Shown one piece after another: positions 1 to 10,388 of a stretch of DNA of 64,000 nt. The notes beneath the pieces were generated by a model, which saw nothing but the letters and a program-made list of their open reading frames with translations, had not been told where the DNA came from and ran no database searches. Source of the DNA: Zootoca vivipara. Lineage: Eukaryota. The stretch spans positions 48,980,001 to 49,044,000 of the forward strand of contig NC_083288.1 in assembly GCF_963506605.1 (NCBI RefSeq), read 5' to 3'. Every line of letters begins with the position of its first letter. Position 1 is the first letter of the stretch. The translations under genes and the position numbers were made by a program.

Positions 1-23
1 AGAGCTGCCTCTAGAAACAGCTA

Positions 24-310
24 CAGTGGTGCCTCGCAAGACGAATTTAATTCATTCTGTGAGTCAATTCGTCTTGCGAAAAATTCGTCTTGCGAATCCC
101 ATAGGAATGCATTGAATTGTTTTTTGGTTTTTTTTTTTGCCCATAGGAACACATTAATTGAATTTCAGTGCATTCCTATGGGAAACCGCAATTCGCTAGA
201 CGAATTTTTCACAAAACTAATTCGTCTTGCGAGGCAACCTCCAATCGCAAAACCCATTCGTCTAGCGAAAAATTCGTCTAGCAGGGCATTCGTTTAGCGA
301 GGTACCACTG
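24..310. mobile_element. Tc1/mariner (Tigger/pogo-like) MITE
   Basis: TIR CAGTGGT(G/A)CCTCGC...GCGAGGTACCACTG with TA duplication. Related copies at 10823-11067, 24954-25206, 28274-28557, 41223-41460, 50860-51637, 62445-62726, 62765-62998, 63056-63326. Confidence 0.85.
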
Positions 311-566
311 TACTTTTAAAACTTGGGCTGTGTGTGCACCAGATCTTCTGTATACATGTATACATTCAAAGCACACACAGCTGGCCGGTGTTCAGAAGCA
401 CTTCCTGCCTGCCTCCTTGGAGGCTGAGAACAGCCATCCTGGCTAGTAGCCATCAACGGCCCTTGACTCCTGGCTGGCTCGCCAAATCGTTATAAGAAAA
501 AGCTCTTCCTTTTCCCTTATGGGGTACCCAAGAGCCCGTACAGAGTTCTTATGACTGTAGATTCTC

Positions 567-1757
567 TGTCGGTAGGAGAAAATAACAGAGGCCGACCAGA
601 GAATACTGAGAAGCAAAGTATGTCTGATCTTTATTAAACTGTTGCAACAGGGTCCCCCCACTCACCACATGCAGGAGGGAGGAGAGAACACAGAACAAGC
701 CCTTATACAGTGGTACCTCGGTTTACAAACACAATTTGTTCCGGAAGTCCGTACTTAACCTGAAGCGAACTTTCCCATTGAAAGTAATGGAAAGTGGATT
801 AATCCGTTCCAGACAATCTGTGGAGTACTTAAACTGAAGCGTACTTAACCTGAAGTGAACTTTCCCATTGAAAGTAATGGAAAGTGGATTAATCCGTTCC
901 AGACGGGTCCGCAGAGGACTTAAAATACTCAAACCGAGGCGTACTTAAACCGAGGTATGACTGTATAGACTTTTGAAATTGCCCACCCTGTAGCCCAAGA
1001 CCACCCCCCAAAACATCATACATACATCACAGAAGGAGGTGGTCTACAGCAGAAATTTGAGTATGTTGCTTCTCTCCTGTCTGCCAGGATACCTGATCAT
1101 GCCTTACTTGATTGCCTTTTCTGGGTAGTCTGGCCATTCCTTTGAGATGGTAAATACTTAGTTCTTGAATCTCTCATGCATATTGATATCAGATACTTGC
1201 CAGGCTGTATTTGCAGGGAGGTGTAAGCCCCTACAGTCAAAAGGCAATTGGAAAGATTTTCCCATTTCCTTCCTCCTTGCAGAGAAATATTTGAGGTCAG
1301 TCTTCAGGATTGTTCTCCTGTACTATTTCAGACACGTGGCTTATGTATAATTATGTGTGTACTGTGTACATTTATTTTATATCTGAGACCTTTGAATTCT
1401 TATAACATCCTCCTTTTTATCTGTCCTGAACATTCCGCTTTGTGCAATGTCCTGGAGTTCTAGCAATGTGGGAGAGGGAGCGAAACTTCCCTCTATGCCG
1501 TCCTTCATTTAATAAATGTCTGTATTCCTGCTTTTCACTTGCTTTTCTCCAGGCCCTTTTTGGGGAAGGAGAAGTCCCCAGGGCTGCAGACTTTCTTTGT
1601 AGTGGAATTTCTCTCCCCCCTCCCCCCATCTCTCTGGTTGTCATTTTCTAAACCTTCTCCAACTCTGCAATATCCTTTCCGCACTGGAGACTGAACCTGG
1701 GATGTCCCTATGAGAAAGTCCTGCAGGTTTAACACCACTTCCCCTAATATCCCAACC
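567..1757 (-). mobile_element. Probable solo ERV-type LTR interrupted by a MITE
   Basis: - strand begins GTTGGGATATTAGGGG and ends CTCCTACCGACA; TATA-like sequence at the MITE junction; AATAAA at ~631-636. TSD not resolved. Confidence 0.4.
708..963. mobile_element. Tigger-like MITE with internal 90-bp-period tandem duplication
   Basis: CAGTGGTACCTCGGTTTA...TAAACCGAGGTATGACTG with TA TSD; 751-814 repeated at 841-904. Confidence 0.85.
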
Positions 1758-1760
1758 TGA

Positions 1761-1987
1761 GAGCCAGTATGGTGTAGTGGTTAAGTGCCGTAGACTCGTA
1801 ATCTGGGGAACTGGGTTTGAGTCTCTGCTCCTTCACATGCAGCTGCTGGGTGACCTTGGTCTAGTCACACTTCTCTGAAGTCTCTCAGCCCCACTCACCT
1901 CACAGAGTGTTTGTAGCGGGGGAGGAAGGGAAAGGAGAATTTTAGCCGCTTTGAGACTCCTTCGGGTAGTGATAAAGCAGGATATCA
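1761..1987 (+). mobile_element. tRNA-derived squamate SINE (Squam3-like)
   Basis: A box GGTGTAGTGGTTAAG, B-box-like GGGTTTGAGTC, core TGGGTGACCTTGG. Other copies at 3599-3835 (-) and 35650-35880 (+); partials near 47345, 47815, 58750. Confidence 0.8.
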
Positions 1988-2140
1988 NNNNNNNNNNNNN
2001 NNNNNNNNNNNNNNNNNNNNNNNNNNNNNNNNNNNNNNNNNNNNNNNNNNNNNNNNNNNNNNNNNNNNNNNNNNNNNNNNNNNNNNNNNNNNNNNNNNNN
2101 NNNNNNNNNNNNNNNNNNNNNNNNNNNNNNNNNNNNNNNN
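1988..2140. other. Assembly gap (second gap at 9372-9500)
   Basis: Runs of N. Confidence 1.
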
Positions 2141-2171
2141 CCTTTTCCCCTGCTGCCTTTTCCGACTGCAG

Positions 2172-5100
2172 GGACCTGAAGCTTGAGAACCTTCTCCTTG
2201 ACAAGCGTGAAAACATCAAGATCTCGGACTTTGGCTTCTCCAAGATGGTGTCCACCCAGACGCAGCCTCCTCCCACGCCGTCCTACCGCATGATGAGCTG
2301 CTTCTCGCACCTGAGCCAGACGTACTGCGGCAGCTTCGCCTACGCTTGCCCGGAGATCTTGCTGGGCCTGCCCTACAACCCATTCCTCTCCGACATCTGG
2401 AGCATGGGGGTCATCCTCTACACCTTGGTGGTGGCCCACCTGCCCTTCGACGACACCAACCTCAAGAAGCTGCTCCGGGAGACACAGAAGGAGGTGAACT
2501 TCCCCAACCACCTCCAGCTCAACGAGGAAATCAAGGTGAGCGGCACGACACCTAGGAGCCATACCCACAAAAGCCACCAGGGGGTGCCGTGCCAATACCA
2601 CTGAGTGTCACTAGGGATGCGGGTGGTGCTGTGGTCTAAACCACAGAGCCTCTTGGGCTTGCCGATCATAAGGTCGGCGGTTCAAATCTCCGCGACGGGG
2701 TGAGCTCCTGTTGCTCTGTCCTATCTCCTGCCAACCTAGCTTTTCGAAAGCACACCAGTGCAAGTAGATAAATAGGTACCACTGCAGTGGGAAGGTAAAC
2801 GACGTTTCCATGCGCTGCTCTGGTTTCCGTCACACCAGAAGCCGTTTAGTCATGCTGGCCACAAGACCTGGAAAGCTTTCTGTGGACAAACGCCGTCTCC
2901 CTCGGCCTGAAAGCGAGATGAGCGCCACAACGCCATCCCGTGGCTGCCTTTGACTGGACTTAACCGTACAGGGGTCCTTTACCTTTACCTACTAATGGGA
3001 CCACGGTGAGATGTCCATACCCCAGTCCTGTATCCAGGCCCTCAAAATCCACTATGGGGTACTTGTGCAATGGTGCCCATACCCTCAAATGCCACTAGGG
3101 GGTGCTGCTGCATGGATGCTACATCAATACCCTCAAGAGCCACTAGGAGGCAGTTGCGGGACGGTTGTGCTTTTGTGTCTGCCCCCTAAAAAGCCACTCA
3201 GAGGTCGTCATGTAAGAGTTGTTGTCTCCTCCCCCCTTGCCCTCACCTCACAGCTTCTCCTCCTTGGGCTTTTAACTGGCTGGTTTGGAACAGGCAGAAA
3301 TCCAACAGGTGCTGTTTCCCCAGCCAGTGCCATTCACACTCCTAGGAATACCGGCAGTCAGGCTGCAGCGTCGATACTCTCGAGTGCAGCAGGCGTACTT
3401 ACTGTGAGGCTGGCCCTGCATGAACCTCTCCACCCACCCAGCACCCCGAGGCTGTATCACGGGGGTGGCAGGAATGCCAGCAACACCCTGGTTGATTTCC
3501 AGCTTCCTCCGAGCAAGGACAAGAGCTGTTCTCCGACTCTCACTGTGCCTTCCTCCTGGAGCAGGGGTGAGTAAACTTTTTCAGAAGAAGAGAAGAAGAG
3601 TTTGGATTTGATATCCCACTTTATCACTACCCGAAGGAGTCTCAAAGCGGCTAACATTCTCCTTTCCCTTCCTCCTCCACAACAAACACTCTGTGAGGTG
3701 AGTGGGGCTGAGAGACTTCAAAGAAGTGTGACTAGCCCAAGGTCACCCAGCAGCTGCATGTGGAGGAGCGGAGACGCGAACCCGGTTCCCCAGATTACAA
3801 GTCTACCGCTCTTAACCACTACACCACACTGGCTCACTGGTCCACCGTCCCTCAGACCTTGTGGGGAGCCAGACCCACCCCCTCCTGAAAGGACCGCCAC
3901 TCACTCCACAGCCGCCGCCTCATCTTCGGCAGTGTCACCGCCGCCACCTGCCTCGGCCATGGGTTCGCCGTGTGCAGAGCCCATGCCGCAGCCCTCCCTG
4001 CCGCTTCCTCCTGCTTGGCTCTCGGCCATATGCGGCTGCCTCTGTGGCTTCAGATTGGCCGCAGGAGCTTCCTGCGGCCAATCCGAAGCTACGCCATCGT
4101 CACTGCTTCAGATTGGCTGCAGTAGCTTCCGGAAGAAATATCAACAACCTCAGATATGCAGATGGCACAACCTTGATGGCAGAAAGTGAGGAGGTAATTA
4201 AAGAACCTTTGAATGAGGGTGAAAGAGGAGAGCGCAGAATATGGTCTGAAGCTCAACATCAAAAAAACTAAGATCATGGCCACTGGTCCCATCACCTCCT
4301 GGCAAATACTGTAGAAGGGGAAGAAATGGAGGCAGTGAGAGATTTTACTTTCTTGGGTTGCATGATCACTGCAGATGGTGACAGCAGTCATGCAATTAAA
4401 AGACGCCTGCTTCTTGGGAGAAAAGCAATGACAAACCTAGACAGCATCTTAAAAAGCAGAGACATCACCTTGCCGACAAAGGTCCATATACCGGTAGTTA
4501 AAGCTATGGTTTTCCCTGAAGTGAGAGCTGGACCATAAAGAAAGCTGATCGCCGAAGAATTGATGCTTTTGAATTATGGTGCTGGAGGAGACTCTTGAGA
4601 GTCCCATGGACTGCAAGAAGATCAATCCTATCCATTCTGAAGGAAATCAGCCGAGTGCTCCCTGGAAGGACAGATCGTGAAGCTGAGGCTCCAATACTTT
4701 GGCCACCTCATGAGAAGAGAAGAAGCCTTGGAAAAGACCCTGATGTTGGGAAAGATTTAGGACACAATGAGAAGGGGACGGCAGAGGACGAGATGGTTGG
4801 ACAATGTTCTCGAAGCTACGAGTATGAGTCTGACCAAATTGCAGGAGGCAGTGCAAGACAGGAGTGCTATGGAGAAAGACAACAGTAGCACCTTAGAGAC
4901 ACTTTTTCAGATACTTCTTCAGTGTGTATCTGAAGAAGTCTGCATGCACACAAAAGCTCATACCTATGACAAACTTAGTGGGTCTCTAAGGTGCTACTGG
5001 AAGGATTTTTAAAAATTTTTTTTGACTGCGTCAGACCAACACGGCTACCTACGTGTAACTGTTACTAAGAGCGCCCCAGTTAAATTATAAAATTGTAGAA

Positions 5101-7629
5101 TCGGAAGGGACCCTGCAGGTCATCTAGTCCAACCCCCTGCAATGCAGGAATCTTTGGCCCAATGTGGGTCTCAAACCCATGACCCTGAGATTTAAAGGTC
5201 TCATGCTCTACCGACTGAGCTACCCCAGTTCCCAGACAGGAGTTTTTTCCGTTTCAAGTATTGTTCAATGCAAAGGACGGTTGTGCACACCTTGGTCTCT
5301 GAGCAGCGAGAGACTCCGGCGCTTACCTGCAATTTGGTTGCGTTTCCTTGGAAATGAAGGTCACCGGATACTACAGTGTCCTTAGGATATACATATTACA
5401 CATACATACGGCATTAACACGCCAGCAGATCTTGCCCATTCATGATTACGAGTCCAGCACACATCAAGGCCAGCCTCTGTCTCTCCAGCTTCCAGCATCA
5501 GCCAAAACTCAGAACCAACTTGCCTGGTTCTCCATCCTAGGATCATGTGGCATCCAACCAGGCGAGTTCGGAAACTAGAAGCATCTCCAGTAGTCGCTAT
5601 GGCAACACATCTCTTCCCAGTTAAAGCCGTAAGATGCTGATGAGGCCGGCCAAGACCATTACCTGAACAAAGGAACTGGTTTCCTCTTGCAGATTCTAAC
5701 CTCGCAGGTTCGGGACCCCTGGGCATCATCCAAACTGACCCCCCCAAATATATTGCTAGAATCGAAGACGACAGGCGTAATATTTTGCAGAGGGGTCTTG
5801 CTGCTTTGCTGCACAGGCCTCCCATAACCCTGAGCAGGGATGGGGAAGTTGTGGTCAAACAGCTCATCGTAAAAGGCTACAATACCCAGCTGCCCTGAGG
5901 CCATTGGCCACACTGGCGGGAGATGATGATGGGAGCTGGAGTCCAAGAAGAGCTAGCAGGGCACACCTTTCCTCTCACCCCAGATCTAGCGAAGGCCTCT
6001 TTTAAAGACGACACGCAATCCAAAACGCAAAGCAAACCAGCTTTTCCGCTTTGGAACAATCGTTTTCCAACCAGTTGCAAATTCAGTTGCTTAATCAGGT
6101 GCCTCTCGTACAGTGAAGATCTTTTTAGTTGAGAGAGCGCACTACATTCCCCATAATTCCCCAGGAAAGGAATGGATGGTTAAGAGGTGGCTCTGTGAGA
6201 GGGATAGGGGTCTCCTAGCAACTCTCAGCACCCTTAACAAACTAGTTCCCACAAGCTTCTTTTTTTTGGGGGGGGAGTCATGGCTGTTTTAAGTGGAGTA
6301 ACACTGCTTTAGAGATGTAATCATGAAGGGAATGTGCACTTCTGAATTTGACTGTGCACTACTTGGAAAAGGTTTTGTGGATGGCTACCAGCCATGATAG
6401 GGACCCAGGTGGCGCTGTGGTTAAACCACTGAGCCTAGGGCTTGCTGATCAGAAGGTTGGCGGTTCGAATCCCTGTGACGGGGTGAGCTCCCGTTGCTTG
6501 GTCCCAGCTCCTGCCAACCTAGCAGTTTGAAAGCACGTCAAAATGCAAGTAGATAAATAGGAACCACTACAGCGGGAAGGTAAACGGCGTTTCCATGTGT
6601 TGCTCTGTTTTACCAGAAGTGGCTTTGTCATGCTGGCCACATGACCTGGAAGCTATACGCCGGCTCCCTCGGCCAATAATGCGAGATGAGCGCGCAACCC
6701 CAGAGTCGGTCACGACTGGACCTAATGGTCAGGGGTCCCTTTACCTTTACCAGCCATGTTAGGGATGTGGGTGGCGCTGTGGTCTTAAACCACTGAGCCT
6801 CTTGGGCTTGCCGATCAGAAGGTCGGCGGTTCGAATCCCCGCAACGGGGTGAGCTCCCGTTGCTGTGTCCCAGCTCCTGCCAACCTAGCAGTTTGAAAGC
6901 ACGTCAAAATGCAAGTAGATAAAATAGGTACCTCTACAGCGGGAAGGTAAACGGCGTTTCCGTGCGCTGCTCTGGTTCGCCAGAAGCAGCTTAGTCATGC
7001 TGGCCACATGACCCGGAAGCTGTAAAGCGGGCCAGTAAAGCGAGATGAGCACCGCAATCCCAGAGTCGTCCATGACTGGACCGAACAGTCAGGGGTCCCT
7101 TTACCTTTACCAGCCATGTTGGCTGGGCTTGGCCTCCACACCCAGAGGCAGCAATGTTTCTGAACACCAGTTGCTGGAAACTACAGGAGAGAGGGCTCTT
7201 GTGTTCGAATCCTGATTGCAGGCTTCCCACAAGCCCCTGGGAGAACAGGCGGGCGGATTTAGCTGGGCCGTTCGCCTGATCCGGCGGCATCCTCCTCCTT
7301 CGTAGCGGTTAAACCGGGACCGCCTGTCTCTCTCGCCCCTGCAGGAATTGGTCCACCGCATCCTCCGCCCGGCTTCCAAGCGGCTGAACATCCTGGAGGT
7401 GTTGAAAGTCCCTTGGGTGCTCAAGTTCCTGGCTGAGAAGCCAACCACCGAGATCAAGGCCCTGGAAGCGATCTGCGGACCCCGGGCAGCCGACACCAGC
7501 AAGAACGCCACCACGCCCAGCACCAGGTCCCGCTCCCTCACCTTCACGCCGGACAAAAAGAAGGGCGCCAGCCGAACGCGCAGCACCGGGCAGATCAAGG
7601 GGGTTAAGAACCCGGAGAAGCCCAGCTGA
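2172..7629 (+). CDS. TSSK4: Testis-specific Ser/Thr kinase 4, 3' part (last two coding exons; earlier exons not found in the window)
   Basis: Exons 2172-2535 ([25 protein letters not shown]...[16 protein letters not shown]...[17 protein letters not shown]) and 7345-7629 ([13 protein letters not shown]...PWVLKF, TGA), AG/GT boundaries, phase 0 join. ATTAAA at 7868-7873. Synteny with CHMP4A. Confidence 0.93.
2614..2990 (+). mobile_element. Sauria SINE
   Basis: Head GGGATGCGGGTGGTGCTGTGG..GGTTCAAATC, body GGGAAGGTAAAC, (ACCTTT)n tail. Confidence 0.88.
3562..4130. mobile_element. hAT-family fragment (same terminus as 20120-20375 and 41896-42146) interrupted by a SINE and carrying GC-rich cargo
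   Basis: CAGGGGTGAGTAAACTTTTTCAG at 3562 continues after the SINE as GGTCCACCGTCCCTCAGACCTTGTGGGG; CpG-rich insert at 3880-4050. Confidence 0.55.
4131..4870 (+). mobile_element. BovB (RTE) LINE 3' fragment, frameshifted
   Basis: [11 protein letters not shown](G)[49 protein letters not shown] second BovB 3' end with (CAA)n tail lies at 50255-50460. Confidence 0.93.
4883..5060. mobile_element. Penelope-like element terminal remnant with inverted repeat
   Basis: Perfect 18-bp inverted repeat at 4883-4900 / 4982-4999 (CAGTAGCACCTTAGAGAC) enclosing CTGAAGAAG..CAC(A)AAAGCT. Confidence 0.6.
5094..5227 (-). mobile_element. tRNA-Lys-derived SINE with CR1-like 3' tail
   Basis: - strand TAGCTCAGTCGGTAGAGCATGAGAC..CTCAGGGTCATGGGTTTGAG followed by GGTTGGACTAGATGACC. 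Another copy at 61405-61536; partials at 21270-21365 and 26760-26825. Confidence 0.8.
6400..7110 (+). mobile_element. Two head-to-tail Sauria SINEs (6400-6750, 6762-7110)
   Basis: Two full heads, bodies and ACCTTT tails separated and flanked by TACCAGCCATG. Another copy at 55720-56098 (-). Confidence 0.9.
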
Positions 7630-8005
7630 AGGAGGGGAGACATCTTGGAACAAGGGGAGGGGGAGATCTCAGTGACCGGGCGATATTTTCTGGGGGGAGG
7701 TCCAGTGGGTGGGTGGTCTAGGGTGTGCACAGGCACTGTGGGGGGGGAGGGGGCAGGGAACACCCAGAAATAGTGTTGCACCCCTTTCCCTTCATCAGCC
7801 CCCAACGGAACAAAAGCAGCAGCAGCTTTCGGAACCTGACATTCGGGTGCCATCTCTGAAATGCGAGATTAAAACTGAAAACAGAACAAGTCCTTTGGGG
7901 TTTCGCGGAAGTCAATTTGGGAAGGTGGATAACGGACTTTTACGCTCATCCCTTCTCCGGGATTTCTTTTATTACCGCGTACCCACAAAACAAACCATGA
8001 ACCAC

Positions 8006-8043
<38 letters not shown>

Positions 8044-10388
8044 CTGGGGTTACTGAGCCAAAAGCCTGCGATTCTTGATTTCACAGAATGGTGAAATCCT
8101 GCGATGCAGGAATCTCAACTGGATCCCTCCACGCCAGGTGGCCACCCAACCTCTTGCTTAAAAACCTCCCAGGAAGGAGAGTCCGCTAGCTTCCGAGGGT
8201 GACCGTTTCACTGTCGAACCGCTCTTCCCGTGAGAAAACTATTCCTGGTGTTTAGCTGGAATCGGTGGTGTAGAACAGTTTGCCAGCCCCCCAGGGCACA
8301 GAGGGTGAAGAGAGCCTGCTGTGCCAGCCCAGGCCTTGCCACTGCCGCCCTGGGGGGGCCCCTCCTTCCGGGAACAAAGTGGGGTTACGCTGTGCCGCCT
8401 GCCAGCCCACATGGGGGGGGGAGCACAGCCAGCCAACGCACCCTTGGGTGGTCGGATTCCCCTGACGTCCACTGAGAGAAGGGCTGGGCTGGGCTAGCCC
8501 CTTGCCAGCCTCCCTCAGCCTCCGCCTGTGCCCGCTCGCCAAGTGCAGTGCGAAGGACCCTCTGTCGTATTCCTGAGTTCATCTCCTTCCTCAGTAAGGA
8601 AATTGGGAGTTTGCACACACACAAAAAAAGCCACCTTAGAGATAGCAAGCGTCGCAAGGAGGATCCAGGAAGCGGAGGACCAAAACACAAAGTCGTTGGT
8701 CCGTACTGTATAGCCCACAGTGCCTTCCTGCGTTTCAGAAAGCAGACCATTTCAGCCCCATGTGGCTTTTTGATAAAGGTGCCATTTAGTTGAGGGTAAA
8801 AATCATGCAGGGGAAGCTTATAAAAGATGCACAGACGCGGTCTTCTTCCCGCCTTGCCCCCCAAGCAAACACCAATGACAGTGAAGGCCGGGTTCAGAGC
8901 ATTACAAAATCCAAGTGCTTTTTCTCCGCTCAAAATAGTTTTAAACAAGGCGTAGTGATGCGTGCCGACAGTTTTCAGTGAGGAATCGGGACAGAGGTCT
9001 GGCGGTCGCTCTTACCCATGGTAACTAGGCAGAGCCTCCAAGCTCAGGAGCAGTCTACCACTGATTGCTCAGGAGAGGACCAAAGAAGGGCGGGCAGTGG
9101 CTTCGTTGGGCACATCTGATTGGGCAACGTGCGGAACAGAGGGACACACTCTCCAATCCAGGAGGATATAGAGAGCCAAGTTCGGGGGAGGGGGGAGGAC
9201 TTGAAGAGTGCTGCTTCCCTCCCCAGCCCCGTTCTTCAAACAACGAAACAGCAGAAAAATTTCCGGCCACGTTTATTTTCAGAGTTGTCATCGTAAAGGC
9301 CACTGCAGCATGTGCGCATGAAGGGGGTCGGGGTGGGGCGGAAATCCCTCCCCTTCCCCCTCCGAATTCTTNNNNNNNNNNNNNNNNNNNNNNNNNNNNN
9401 NNNNNNNNNNNNNNNNNNNNNNNNNNNNNNNNNNNNNNNNNNNNNNNNNNNNNNNNNNNNNNNNNNNNNNNNNNNNNNNNNNNNNNNNNNNNNNNNNNNN
9501 GACGAGAGAGAGAAAGCTTCCGAAAAGTTAGCGGGTTAGCACAGATTGAGTGCAAATAACATGTAAACGCCACCCCAAGCCACATTTAAACAGACACGCT
9601 GTCGATAGGAACAGAGAAAGAGAGAACGTACCTCTTCACATCACAACCCCCTCCCCACCCTCTTGGCACAATTCCACCCACCCTGCTGGGTTGGCATCAT
9701 TCGTCATCATTATTATTTTTAATCCACATGCTGGTGGGGAGAAAATCCATAGCACTGGTAATGTTAAGAGGCGGGGGGACGGACGACCAAGGCATGAGGC
9801 CCCCCCAACCAACCCCCCGCCCAGCAAACAGGAGGAGCGAAGGAACACTGAACCCCCCCCCCACAATTTGACACATGCCCCAATCCCACTCACAGCGAGA
9901 TCAGGGGGAGAACGTAGCTCTGTGGAAACCCCCCTGCCTCATTTCTGGGGAGGGGGGTTCACACACACACCCCATGAAGCCCCCTCACGTGTTTGCAACC
10001 GCGGAGAGGGTCTTGGTTTTGCACCAAGACGCGCTTGCAAAGTTTGGTCCTCGAGTTTTACAGAGGGGTAGGTAAAACGCGGGGGTGTGGGGCCAGTCTC
10101 CCGTTCCCAAGAGAAACCCCCTTCCCCTCCCCCCTGCGATACAATCTGTTCATATATGTATATATTTCATATATATAAATCTGTCTATATAAAACTCTTT
10201 ACATTCGGCACGTAAGGTTATTTCAGGCAGGGGCCGGGCGGCGAGGGGGTAGGGGTGTCGGTGTTCACCACCCCTCCCCGAATCTGGAACTGAAGGAGGA
10301 AGGGGGAAAAGGTCCTCTCCCGTCTCCCAGCCCTCCGAGGAAGGGGAGGGAGGGAGGGAAGGAAGGAGGGTTGTTTCCCCACAATGCA

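Noticed and set aside
3211-3560. Possible LTR starting TGTAAGAG
   Set aside because: No matching CA end, TSD or second copy in the window.
5160-5227. tRNA-Lys-like sequence (also 61472-61536)
   Set aside because: Acceptor stem and anticodon loop are degraded and the sequence is fused to a CR1-like tail, so it is a SINE head rather than a tRNA gene.
7107-7853. Long - strand ORFs opposite TSSK4 exons (also 1942-2601) and others such as 10793-11497, 54658-55320, 57778-58437
   Set aside because: Antisense shadows of GC-rich exons or read-through of repeats; no recognisable protein features.
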